Translations under genes and position numbers: made by a program
The notes under the pieces: model-generated
What the model was told of the DNA's origin: nothing
Database searches by the model: none
The model's input: only the letters and a program-made list of their open reading frames with translations
Shown: one piece after another, positions 55,105-64,000 of the stretch
Layout: every line of letters begins with the position of its first letter
Position numbering within the stretch: position 1 is the stretch's first letter
Virus record (IMG/VR): IMGVR_UViG_2974640449_000001
Span: 242-64,241 of that record
DNA from: a virus
Taxonomy: Duplodnaviria > Heunggongvirae > Uroviricota > Caudoviricetes > Demerecviridae
Direction: 5' to 3' (one strand)
DNA: 64,000 nt

Positions 55105-55408
55105 TACGTAGCTCCGCTGCCAACGGAGACATACGACGAACATCTTGGGCATGAATTAAGCGGAACTTATCATTAGTCCAACTAAAGACTAAAATACCGT
55201 TTTCACTTGCCGCTTCTGCCTGAGCACTTTCTAGAGAAAGGTTAGCACGAACACCAGCTTTACCGGAAGCATGTTTTGCCTGGATGTATTTGTTGTCGAA
55301 GTCAGTAGTACCAACTAGGTAGGTTGTACCTTTGCCAGTATGTTTACGGTAGTACAGATAGAAATCACCGTGTTTGTCAGCCTGTTCGATAATATGAGTT
55401 AATTTCAT
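55088..55408 (-). CDS. Conserved T5-like hypothetical protein
   Basis: 106 aa, synteny after D3. Confidence 0.75.
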   Translation of the reverse strand: MKLTHIIEQADKHGDFYLYYRKHTGKGTTYLVGTTDFDNKYIQAKHASGKAGVRANLSLESAQAEAASENGILVFSWTNDKFRLIHAQDVRRMSPLAAELRNGRNR

Positions 55409-55446
55409 AGCAACTTTCCTATGTTATTTAGAGAAGGAGGTGACGA

Positions 55447-55857
55447 TTACTCGTCGTCACCCATAGTGCGGATTGCGCCAGCAAGAGCCTGAGCTGCTTT
55501 ACCAGTAAGTTTTTCGATTACTTCCATTAGTTCGTCACTAACTTCAGCACCACCGTCTTGTAGAGCGGATACAAGCTCAGCTTGAGCATCTGCTTTAGAC
55601 ATTTTCTTACCACCAGTTGAAGCTGCTTTAGCTTTTGGAGCTTTAGTTGCTTTTACATAAACTGGGTTGCCGTCGTCGTCAGTTGCACGTTGAAGAATCG
55701 CACGAACAGAGTTTACAGAGAAGTCTAATTCGTCTGCAATACCTTTACAAACTTCTGTTGAGTTAGTTGCACGCTCGTCTTCTGGATATTCACCGATGCG
55801 CTCTAGGTACATTTCAACTGCTTCTTGACGTAGTTCATCAGTCCAAGTATTTGCCAT
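55447..55857 (-). CDS. D3: D3-like DNA-binding protein
   Basis: 136 aa, WTDELRQE N-terminus, KLTGKAA C-terminus. Confidence 0.8.
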   Translation of the reverse strand: MANTWTDELRQEAVEMYLERIGEYPEDERATNSTEVCKGIADELDFSVNSVRAILQRATDDDGNPVYVKATKAPKAKAASTGGKKMSKADAQAELVSALQDGGAEVSDELMEVIEKLTGKAAQALAGAIRTMGDDE

Positions 55858-55900
55858 AGTTATATTTTTCCTTTTGGTTTGTTGTTAACTTTAAGATTAT

Positions 55901-55929
55901 ATTATACGAAAGTTTTAGTGATTTAGCAA
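55901..55929 (-). promoter_or_regulatory. Early promoter of D3
   Basis: TTGCTA-N17-TATAAT. Confidence 0.75.
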
Positions 55930-55937
55930 TTCAAGTT

Positions 55938-56768
55938 TTATTTTGACTTGCGTGCTGCTAGCAAAGCTTTGTTTAACAGCTCTACGCATGAAGTACCATT
56001 TAGGAACGTACCACGACTAGAGATATTAACACCGAGTTGCTCAAGGTGACGTAGAGAACCAATATCCCAATACATAATATTAACATATTGGTGACGGTTA
56101 TCATCTAGCAAGTAGAGACGGTAAGCTTTGCCTTGTTTGCTTGGTACTTCTTTAATTACTTCTGCCAGACATTGGTAGCCTGGAAGCCATACGACTTCGC
56201 CTTTGAAGTCAAGGGCACAATGAGTATCCCATTTACCAGCTTGAGTACGTACTTCAATTACCTGACCTGGCTGCCAGCCTTTTTCAGCCATAATACGTTT
56301 TTTCTGATTCTCAAACTCTGCTAGAGATGCAGCTTCAAACTCAACACGTTCTCTGCATTTAAAGTCAGGGTCAAGTAAAATACACTCTTCTGGTAGTAGA
56401 GGTGGCTTGAGAATGTTACGCTCACCACGGTCACGAATAAGAGCACCAGCAAGCTCTAGTTTATGTTTAATATATGCGGTAGAGCGATAGAAGCGTTTTG
56501 ACAGTTCGTCGAACGATGCACCATCAAAATAATCTTCAATCATGTTAACTAGTTCTTGTGGAGAACAAGCTTGTTTACGCTTTTCTTTACGTAAACGGGC
56601 ACTTACTTCTAGGTCGTTCTTGTATTCTTCAATACGCGCTTCCATAGTTTTGTTGTTGGAAACACCTAAAATCTCACAAGCACCTTTCTTAGTACCGCCA
56701 TTGTCCAACCAAGCAATAGCCTGTTTGAATTGTTCTTCTGAAATATCCGCACGTTGACGTCTAGCCAT
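55938..56768 (-). CDS. Conserved T5-like HTH-containing protein
   Basis: GGTKKGACEILG HTH-like N-terminus. Confidence 0.75.
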   Translation of the reverse strand: MARRQRADISEEQFKQAIAWLDNGGTKKGACEILGVSNNKTMEARIEEYKNDLEVSARLRKEKRKQACSPQELVNMIEDYFDGASFDELSKRFYRSTAYIKHKLELAGALIRDRGERNILKPPLLPEECILLDPDFKCRERVEFEAASLAEFENQKKRIMAEKGWQPGQVIEVRTQAGKWDTHCALDFKGEVVWLPGYQCLAEVIKEVPSKQGKAYRLYLLDDNRHQYVNIMYWDIGSLRHLEQLGVNISSRGTFLNGTSCVELLNKALLAARKSK

Positions 56769-56777
56769 GATTAGCTC

Positions 56778-56990
56778 CTAATAGTTTGATGAACCACACT
56801 GAGAGCAGTATGGACATGAATCAGTTATCTTATTCCAAGTAAATAAGGTAAACAACAAATAAAAGGGCAGGTAAACCCCCAAAGTAATAATAGTTAATAT
56901 TGCGTGAATCCATAACGAAGGTGGGTCATATATCACGTCATGAACTGTATCTTCTTCACATACTTCACAAAACTTTATAACTTCACTCAT
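56778..56990 (-). CDS. LITAF-like Zn-ribbon membrane protein
   Basis: CxxC - hydrophobic HxILxxxTxG segment - CxxC. Confidence 0.65.
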   Translation of the reverse strand: MSEVIKFCEVCEEDTVHDVIYDPPSLWIHAILTIITLGVYLPFYLLFTLFTWNKITDSCPYCSQCGSSNY

Positions 56991-57199
56991 TATAGTCCGA
57001 ACCCGTTTTTACCAAACAAATCACCTAAAGGATTTGCTTTTTTATTTTCGTTCATTGTAGCAATAAAGCGTAAGTTTTGCAATTCCTTTTTTAATTTTTC
57101 TTCACACTTAGCGCAACGAACAACACATCCTTTTGCAAGTCTGCCATCCTCTATTTCTATAGCAATCTTGTTGCAACCAGCACATTTAATAAAACGCAT
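56990..57199 (-). CDS. Small Zn-ribbon protein
   Basis: Two CxxC motifs, GGAG SD. Confidence 0.7.
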   Translation of the reverse strand: MRFIKCAGCNKIAIEIEDGRLAKGCVVRCAKCEEKLKKELQNLRFIATMNENKKANPLGDLFGKNGFGL

Positions 57200-57210
57200 G
57201 TTAAATCTCC

Positions 57211-57399
57211 TTATGGGTGATTAGTATTACATTCAGTACATTTAGGGTCTTTCTGAGACAATGTACATGCTAGCCATACTAGAAGCCACAGACCGCCAGT
57301 TAGTAAAGATAAGATCAAATGCACAACATGGCTTGTTTCATCCACCTCGTGAGGTGTAGAAGTATTACAAGATGGACAGTATCTTTTTTCAATTCTCAT
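57211..57399 (-). CDS. LITAF-like Zn-ribbon membrane protein (paralogue of 56778..56990)
   Basis: CPSC - HLILSLLTGGLWLLVW - CTEC. Confidence 0.7.
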   Translation of the reverse strand: MRIEKRYCPSCNTSTPHEVDETSHVVHLILSLLTGGLWLLVWLACTLSQKDPKCTECNTNHP

Positions 57400-57431
57400 T
57401 TTATTTTCCTTTTCTCTCAAAATCTGAAGTT

Positions 57432-57460
57432 ATTATATTATATATCTCACATGAGAGCAA
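57432..57460 (-). promoter_or_regulatory. Early promoter of the Zn-ribbon cluster
   Basis: TTGCTC-N17-TATAAT. Confidence 0.7.
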
Positions 57461-57577
57461 TTGAATTTTCAATTTGAATAATCTCAGGCTCAATAAAAGA
57501 CCAATCTAATCCGATACTGCCATGTTGCGAGTAATTCCAATATGTCGCGCAAAGAACTCCTACAAGGACGTTGAATA

Positions 57578-57736
57578 TTAATATCTTCCACATAATTTAT
57601 CCTCAACTAGATTTGAGATTCTTCTTTCAATCTTTTTATAATACACCGCAGGTCTTGTAGTTGTCTTTACGGGTTTTGGAAAGTTGAGTATCTCTGGGTG
57701 TCTAGCAACTATTGGTGGGACAACTCTACATAGCAT
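57578..57736 (-). CDS. Small basic hypothetical protein (start revised to MLCRVV)
   Basis: GAGGAGG SD. Confidence 0.6.
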   Translation of the reverse strand: MLCRVVPPIVARHPEILNFPKPVKTTTRPAVYYKKIERRISNLVEDKLCGRY

Positions 57737-57959
57737 AGTTTTCCTCCTCATTTTCTGGAATAAGGTCATAGAAAGCTTTGTGCAACGTTAGCCCGAACTG
57801 GTGGATGTGAAACTCGTACTTAAACTTTTTACTAGCTTTATCGTATAGTAGACCCCAATTCTTACACGCCATGGTTATAATATGGTCACGTTCTTGTTCG
57901 GTGTACTTTCTAGTTTTTAGTAGCCACTCTATAGTACCTATTGATTCTTCTTTACCCAT
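57726..57959 (-). CDS. Hypothetical protein
   Basis: 77 aa, GAGG SD. Confidence 0.7.
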   Translation of the reverse strand: MGKEESIGTIEWLLKTRKYTEQERDHIITMACKNWGLLYDKASKKFKYEFHIHQFGLTLHKAFYDLIPENEEENYAM

Positions 57960-58007
57960 ATGTACCTCTTAGTTTGTTAGGGCGTAAAAAAGTAGGGCTT
58001 TCAATCC

Positions 58008-60797
58008 CTACAGTAACAATACGTCTTTATCTCCTAGCATCGACAGCTCAAACTCAGTCATAAACTCAGTTGGAATCTGGATACCCTCGATTTTACAGTA
58101 AGTTCGATACCAGCTAATAATGTTATCGAACTCCCCAGGCTCTTCAATACCCATCATTTTGAAATAGCGTTTAATACGCCAAGGCTCTGTACGGACATCT
58201 AAGCCTGTACATTGATACCATTCACTAGGATATTTCTTGAGATGTTGTACAAACGGTTCGAAATTATTAGTACAGGACTTAATAATCTTCCAGAATCGTT
58301 TATGTACTTTATGGAAGAAAGCTGCTCGGTCGTGAGGCTTCTCTTTTAACCATCGCTCAACCATTTCCTCTGTTACATCACCTAAATCATCTACATCATC
58401 GTAATAACGAGTAATAAACTGTTTAACTTCCCAAGCGTCGTTATGACGTTGTAATTGGAAGCTAGGCGTTGCTGATAAGATAGCGTTGACTCGTTCTTCA
58501 TGGTATTCCGAGTTAGCAGACTCGATGTTACCCCACTTACCTGGGTCTAGCAATACGGTACATCCTTGGTCACGTAATAACATGCGAAATGTTGATTTAT
58601 ACTTTTTACATTCTTCTTCTCGTCGTTTAGCAAAAATCTTACGACAACGTTGTAGCCACCCCAAAGATTCTTCGTATTTATCCGCACCTGCTTTAAAACC
58701 CTCCGTAGCCGGAGAAGTATAGTAGTATATAGTTTTAGCACTACGGTCACGACGCAATGCCTGAAAACGCAAGTTAGGTGCATGGATACCTGAATCCCGT
58801 GTGATTAGGAATACGGTATCAAAATAACTAAAGTCAACCCCACTAGTAACTGAAGGGCTACATAATAACCCGTCAACTCTTTGCTGCTGTAAAGACGGGT
58901 TCCCGTAAGTTAGAATCTCTTTAATATCAGCATCTTTAGTAGAGTTTTTATGAATCTCTTTGATATTAGCTGCGGTTACACTTCTAAGTGCAATACCTTT
59001 CTCGTTAAGCTCGTCAGGAGAACAATCCGATACTAACAAACATTTCTCACCAATCTCTAGTGCCCCCTGCATTGCAGCCCAAACAGATGCTTCGTCAAAC
59101 AACTCAATTGCTTGAGCATTTGCTAGCATTTTTCTATCATGCTGATAGATGACTACTTGTTTTACAGGGTCACACAGACGTGCGTATGCCTCTATGGTTT
59201 CTGGTGAAATATCACCGTCCGATAGAACTACATACTTAGCATCTTGCAGGATTAGTTTCAAGGTCTTAATACATTTGTCTTTTTCTTTGATTAAGTCACT
59301 GAATAGAATATCATTCATTACAGCATCACATTCATCAATAAAGACCATATCAAGCCCTTTTTGGTTGATTGTATCGTAGAAACGATGCAGTGAATGGATA
59401 GTAGTTGACATTCTATCAATCTTACCATCACGAAACTCTGTATAGTCCTTTAATTTGTTGTAACAGCCTGACTCTAGCTTTTTAGCGTTACCTTCTACCA
59501 GTGATACCGTGTTAGTAATAGATAGGAAACGCCCACTAAATAAACCACTAGCCAACCAAGTCTGAACAGTTGTAGTTTTACCAGTACCAAGACTAGCTTT
59601 TACAAACGTCAGTGAATCCTCTGGTGGAAGGTGGTTAATTTTTAAGAAGCGGTCATTTTCTGCACTATCTGTAGCTACATCCTTTACTGGCAATAAGTTA
59701 GCAGAGGTAGGGTCAGAAGAAACATTTATATTTCCTTCCACCTTCCTAAGACTACGAGATAGAATAATCTTGAGTGCGGCTTCCTTAGCGTTACCAATAT
59801 ATTCTTTAACAGAACGACTTCTGTTCTCATATCCTTCTAGAATCTTCTCTACTTGTGTATCTAGCCAGTTAATATCTACGCCCTGCTCTACTGCCGCGCA
59901 GTATACAGAGATGGTGTGTCGCATAAACACGTTGTCTTTTGCTTCTTTCAGCGTTTCAATACGCTTTTCGAAGTCCTTGCTAGGGAAGTCGTGTAGACCT
60001 TCAATACCTGTAATATAAGAAAAATGCTCCTTTTTAAGAACATAGTTCGAAATACCTTGGTACTCCTGCAAGTTTTCTGGCAACGTAATACTATCCCCAG
60101 AAACAAGCACAGCTCTATCTTTATCCTTAAACGGATTAAGTTCTGGATTCTCAAATACTGGCTCAGCCGTGTACATTAAGTGAACCTTGTCGTACACCGA
60201 AGTATCCAGTAGCTCAAACCCATACTCTTCCTGAGCTTTCTTGTTCAACTGATATGATAGGTACTTTAGCTGGCCGTTAGATACGGCTTTGCTAGCCTGC
60301 ATATACATATGTAAGCGAATACCTGGCTTAATACCTGCACTGCCACTAGCTTTAGCGATGAATGCAGGGTTGTCTGGAAAAATATCAGGCTCTAGCTTAC
60401 GAAGAAGATCAATACAGTAAATGCCTTGTTCTTCGATAGACATTCCCTCACGAGGGGCTGAAATACCGTCAATATCCATATGGATAATACGAGAACGTAC
60501 AGAACAGTTAAATGTTTCTGCATTACGTCTTATATTACGGATACTAGAAATTGGGGCAGCTCGAACTAGAGCCACCTCTGGATTCTTTTGGTATTCTGAA
60601 ATCAGCTTAAACGTCTGGTCTAGAGAGTTAGGGTTAGTTGACTCTACCACGTTAAAGAATTTAGGCATGATGGGGTCTACAGATTTGCCATTTTTGTCAA
60701 AAACTTTTGCTAAACGAACTTTACTATCTGGAGCGGGTTCAATGTACTCGTTTCCAGAGAAGTAAGGCTTAAATACGCCTTCGATAAACGTTAGCAT
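58008..60797 (-). CDS. D2: Replication origin-binding protein / UL9-like SF2 helicase
   Basis: 929 aa, ASLGTGKT, FIDECD, SPSVTSGVDF, Q...R; N-terminal primase-polymerase-like region. Confidence 0.9.
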   Translation of the reverse strand: MLTFIEGVFKPYFSGNEYIEPAPDSKVRLAKVFDKNGKSVDPIMPKFFNVVESTNPNSLDQTFKLISEYQKNPEVALVRAAPISSIRNIRRNAETFNCSVRSRIIHMDIDGISAPREGMSIEEQGIYCIDLLRKLEPDIFPDNPAFIAKASGSAGIKPGIRLHMYMQASKAVSNGQLKYLSYQLNKKAQEEYGFELLDTSVYDKVHLMYTAEPVFENPELNPFKDKDRAVLVSGDSITLPENLQEYQGISNYVLKKEHFSYITGIEGLHDFPSKDFEKRIETLKEAKDNVFMRHTISVYCAAVEQGVDINWLDTQVEKILEGYENRSRSVKEYIGNAKEAALKIILSRSLRKVEGNINVSSDPTSANLLPVKDVATDSAENDRFLKINHLPPEDSLTFVKASLGTGKTTTVQTWLASGLFSGRFLSITNTVSLVEGNAKKLESGCYNKLKDYTEFRDGKIDRMSTTIHSLHRFYDTINQKGLDMVFIDECDAVMNDILFSDLIKEKDKCIKTLKLILQDAKYVVLSDGDISPETIEAYARLCDPVKQVVIYQHDRKMLANAQAIELFDEASVWAAMQGALEIGEKCLLVSDCSPDELNEKGIALRSVTAANIKEIHKNSTKDADIKEILTYGNPSLQQQRVDGLLCSPSVTSGVDFSYFDTVFLITRDSGIHAPNLRFQALRRDRSAKTIYYYTSPATEGFKAGADKYEESLGWLQRCRKIFAKRREEECKKYKSTFRMLLRDQGCTVLLDPGKWGNIESANSEYHEERVNAILSATPSFQLQRHNDAWEVKQFITRYYDDVDDLGDVTEEMVERWLKEKPHDRAAFFHKVHKRFWKIIKSCTNNFEPFVQHLKKYPSEWYQCTGLDVRTEPWRIKRYFKMMGIEEPGEFDNIISWYRTYCKIEGIQIPTEFMTEFELSMLGDKDVLLL

Positions 60798-60811
60798 TAA
60801 AAATCTCCCAT

Positions 60812-61543
60812 GTTAGTTAAACATACATATTTAAAGTGTGTAGCACTAAAAACATTACTAATACCGACTTTCACTAGCTATCCTGCACGCACTCCCTCAG
60901 AGATCATCATGGATACAGACTTCACTAGCTTCATTCTCTACGTAACCCTTGCATATCCCTACTCCAATTGTAGGTTGGTTAGTCACTCAATCCCGATTCG
61001 CGTACTACTTCCACTAGGTGGTGGGTGAGTCTTCCTCTGTTAGACAATATGTTACTGCCATCGCTATCCTTGGCGACAGGTACGTTGTTCGTTGGCTTCT
61101 GGAACTCCCCCATTAACATCCAACCTGAACACTTAGTTTTCATTACCATTCCACTCTTATACCAATCAAGAATATACTAAAATACAGAAGACTCCCACAG
61201 AGATCACTGCCTTAGGTACCCCAATATATCTATCATACTCACACAAATGTGTGCCACATAACCTTGTACCTCCGGAGCATTACCGAGTCATACCAAAATC
61301 AGTTACCAGCTATGTGGATGCTATACAGCTAGCTACACTGTATAGGTACGTTTACAATACTATCACATTAACAGAGAGGGCTTCAATCTAAGGGCATTGC
61401 CACAAAGCCATACTTCTCACTACCTTCTGTCTGATGCTTCAAGTTATTTTTATAGACACTCCTAGAATGCCCATAAAGATAACGGGGTAGAGGGCACTAC
61501 CCCAGGAGAAGCGCAATATGGAAATCGACTCTTTCGAATCAAT
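60812..61543 (-). ncRNA. Candidate large structured non-coding RNA / D2 leader
   Basis: Consensus promoter upstream, no credible long ORF, many local and long-range helices. Confidence 0.55.
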
Positions 61544-61549
61544 ACACAT

Positions 61550-61578
61550 AGTATATAACAATTGATTAACAATGTCAA
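61550..61578 (-). promoter_or_regulatory. sigma70 promoter driving the long leader and D2
   Basis: TTGACA-N17-TATACT. Confidence 0.85.
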
Positions 61579-61602
61579 ACTAAAAACTTTAATTGTTAAT
61601 CG

Positions 61603-61917
61603 CTAACGTATTCCAAGCATTTGACAGCCGAGTTCCATTTTTAACTCTTTAGCTATTTGTTTGCCTTGGCCTACCACAAAATACTTATAATTCCGTGGTC
61701 TGACTATGTGATGTACGTCATGTACTACACCGTCATAGTAGACTTCTGCATGAACGCGCAATTCAGGGTATTCTGCTAGAATGTCTACCTTTTCTTTTAG
61801 GTTGCACTGGCGAACTGAGTGCGGTCGCCCCTCTGGGTCAACAACAGTAACATTTACATTTGGTACTAGATGTTCTAGTATCTCTGTCAAATATCGTATT
61901 TTATCGCTCATATTCAT
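61603..61917 (-). CDS. Hypothetical protein (start revised to MNMSDK)
   Basis: AGGA SD; promoter TTGCTA-N18-TATAAT at 61951-61980. Confidence 0.7.
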   Translation of the reverse strand: MNMSDKIRYLTEILEHLVPNVNVTVVDPEGRPHSVRQCNLKEKVDILAEYPELRVHAEVYYDGVVHDVHHIVRPRNYKYFVVGQGKQIAKELKMELGCQMLGIR

Positions 61918-62109
61918 TAAAATATTCCTATGTCTTTCAAACTTGCATATATTATACGACAAATAGGGGTGTTTTAGCAAATACATTTTTGTTTTACTGC
62001 CAAACTCGTACGTCCATAATATAAGTATGATGTCAAGTACCATGTTTTAGGGATTCTTGTCAACTTAATTTTTACGACAAATAGCATACCAGAAACTTAA
62101 AAACTTTAT

Positions 62110-62138
62110 TTGATCTGAATCAAGGAATTTGTTATAAT
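62110..62138 (+). promoter_or_regulatory. nrdD promoter with a perfect FNR box over the -35
   Basis: TTGAT-CTGA-ATCAA (62110-62123); TTGATC-N17-TATAAT. Confidence 0.7.
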
Positions 62139-62180
62139 ATATGTCCAATTTGAGAATGTTTTAAGTTTTGGAGGAAAAAC

Positions 62181-64000
62181 ATGATAATTACAAAACGTGA
62201 TAACACAAAACAAGCATTCAACCTGAACAAAATCTATGAAGCCGTATTTATGGCTGCAAGCGATGCTGACCTAGATTACACCGAAGCAAGTCAAGTTGCT
62301 AACGATACTACCCAGCTAGTAATCCATCGGCTTCAGGAAGAAGGCAAAGAAGAAGCAAGTGTATATGAGATTGAAACGCTCATTGAAAACACACTTATGT
62401 CCAGCTGTTGGAAAGATGTGGCACGTAACTTTATTGAGTACCGCCATGACCGCCAGCAGGCGCGGGATTTAGAAAGCGATTTACATAAAAATATCGTTGG
62501 TCTGGTAGACCAAACAAACCCTGATATTCTACACGAGAACGCAAATAAAGAATCAACAGTATTCCACGTTCAGCGTGACCTTTTGGCAGGTGAAATTTCT
62601 CGCCATTATGCCTTGAATTACCTACTACCACGCGAAGTGGCTCGTGAGCATATCGCAGGTAATATCCATTTCCATGACCTTGACTATTTCCCTATGATGG
62701 GCATGACAAACTGCTGTCTTGTAGACCTTGAAGGTATGCTTAAAAATGGCTTTAAGATGGGTAACGCACAGATTGAGTCTCCAAACTCAATTCAAACTGC
62801 CGCTACCGTAGTATCTCAAATCGCTGCGGCTGTTGCAAGCTCACAGTATGGTGGTACATCATTTGACCGTCTAGATGAAGTTCTAGCTCCTTATGTGACT
62901 AAGACTTACCAGAAAGAATATAAGCGTGCTATGTCATTATTCCGTCGCTTTACTGGTACAGATGTTGTAGTTGACGACCTAGCCTTAAACTGTATAGAGT
63001 CTGAAGCGCGTATTGCTACTGAAAAAGCAGTATTTGATGCTTGTCAGACTTTAGAGTATCAAGTAAATACTATTTACTCTACTAACGGTCAAACTCCGTT
63101 CTTGACGTTTGGTTTTGGTCTAGGTACCTCATGGGAAGCTAAGCTAGTGCAGAAAGGCATTTTACAGAACCGTATTGCGGGTCTAGGTAAAGAAGCCGCT
63201 ACACCAGTATTTCCTAAACTAGTATTTGGTCTGCGTGACGGTGTAAACCTAAAACCAGAAGACCCTAACTACGATATTAAGCAACTAGCATTAGAATGCG
63301 CAACTACTCGTATGTATCCTGATATTCTTAACTACGATAAGACTGTCGAAATTACAGGCGGATATAAAGCACCTATGGGTTGTCGTTCATTCCTATCTCC
63401 TTGGTTTGATAAAGACGGCAAAGAAACCTATGCTGGTCGCAACAACTTAGGTGTAGTTTCGCTAAACATCCCTAAGATTGCTCTTGAAGCACAACTAGAC
63501 TATGATAAGTTCTGGACGCTATTGGAAGACTACTGTGAAATAGCTCACCGTGCTCTACAGTACCGACTAGAACGTTTGTCAACTGTAAAAGCTAAATCCG
63601 CGCCTATTTTGTATATGGAAGGTGCGCTAGGGCTACACCTAGACGGCGAAGAGCTTGTCCTTCCACACCTGTTGAAGCGCGGTGCTAGCATTTCTCTAGG
63701 CTATATCGGTCTAGAAGAAGCAGCTAATGCAATGCTTGGCAGCATGATTCATACTTATGATGAACCAGAAAAACAACAATTTGCTTTAGACATTGTTAAG
63801 TTCCTGGACAAAAAAGCAAAAGAGTGGAAAGAGGCAGAAGGTGTAGGTTACTCAATCTATGCAACACCTAGTGAATCTCTATGCAATCGCTTCTGTAAGG
63901 CTATTGTACGTGAATACGGTGAATTTGAAGGTGTAACTGATAAAGGTTACTTAACTAACTCATTCCACCTAGATGTACTGAAGAAGGTTAACCCTTACGA
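62181..64000 (+). CDS. nrdD: Anaerobic (class III) ribonucleotide reductase large subunit with ATP cone, truncated by the window end
   Basis: ITKRD ATP cone, IHFHDLDY, TNCCL, NGQTPF, PVFPKL, MGCRSFL, GRNNLGVV, ATPSESLC. Confidence 0.95.
   Translation, partial: MIITKRDNTKQAFNLNKIYEAVFMAASDADLDYTEASQVANDTTQLVIHRLQEEGKEEASVYEIETLIENTLMSSCWKDVARNFIEYRHDRQQARDLESDLHKNIVGLVDQTNPDILHENANKESTVFHVQRDLLAGEISRHYALNYLLPREVAREHIAGNIHFHDLDYFPMMGMTNCCLVDLEGMLKNGFKMGNAQIESPNSIQTAATVVSQIAAAVASSQYGGTSFDRLDEVLAPYVTKTYQKEYKRAMSLFRRFTGTDVVVDDLALNCIESEARIATEKAVFDACQTLEYQVNTIYSTNGQTPFLTFGFGLGTSWEAKLVQKGILQNRIAGLGKEAATPVFPKLVFGLRDGVNLKPEDPNYDIKQLALECATTRMYPDILNYDKTVEITGGYKAPMGCRSFLSPWFDKDGKETYAGRNNLGVVSLNIPKIALEAQLDYDKFWTLLEDYCEIAHRALQYRLERLSTVKAKSAPILYMEGALGLHLDGEELVLPHLLKRGASISLGYIGLEEAANAMLGSMIHTYDEPEKQQFALDIVKFLDKKAKEWKEAEGVGYSIYATPSESLCNRFCKAIVREYGEFEGVTDKGYLTNSFHLDVLKKVNPY

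Noticed and set aside
60860-60880. GTGAAAGTCG resembling group II intron domain V or RNase P CR-I
   Set aside because: Flanking stem and catalytic triad absent; no exon context
60810-61028. 72-aa plus-strand ORF and a roughly 57-aa minus-strand ORF (MVMKTKCSG...) within the long leader
   Set aside because: No convincing SD or protein features; the structured-RNA reading fits better, though translation is not excluded
61216-61232. Possible NrdR box
   Set aside because: Right half does not match the consensus, and it is not at an nrd promoter
1-64000. tRNA genes, integrase, reverse transcriptase/DGR, toxin-antitoxin or CRISPR-Cas loci
   Set aside because: No cloverleaf or diagnostic motifs recognised by eye; tRNAscan and HMM searches would confirm

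Overview
This window is about 64 kb of a lytic T5-like siphovirus genome (Demerecviridae type), in reverse orientation relative to the usual T5 map. The host is probably Vibrio or a related gammaproteobacterium; this is inferred from CTA-rich Leu codons in highly expressed genes and from the host-type operators present. Positions 1 to about 8.1 kb look like the terminal repeat / first-step-transfer DNA (A2, A1, dmp, small pre-early ORFs, two non-coding blocks). Next come the receptor-binding protein, the late head and tail module (10.3-36.6 kb, + strand), the early replication module (36.6-60.8 kb, - strand) and the 5' part of anaerobic ribonucleotide reductase nrdD. No tRNA, CRISPR array, integrase or intron was recognised. 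The strongest unexplained signals are: (1) a second, scaffold-less HK97-fold capsid paralogue in the tail operon behind an attenuator-like terminator, plus a catalytically degenerate prohead-protease paralogue in the early region; (2) a roughly 745-nt, apparently highly structured and pseudoknotted non-coding transcript between a consensus sigma70 promoter and the D2 origin-binding helicase; (3) two non-coding blocks in the first-injected DNA packed with host regulator sites (sigma54, DnaA, LexA, Fur, ArgR, CRP, LysR-type), and an rRNA-operon-like boxB-boxA antitermination leader on the A2-A1-dmp operon. All homology calls come from recognising motifs by eye; no database searches were run.
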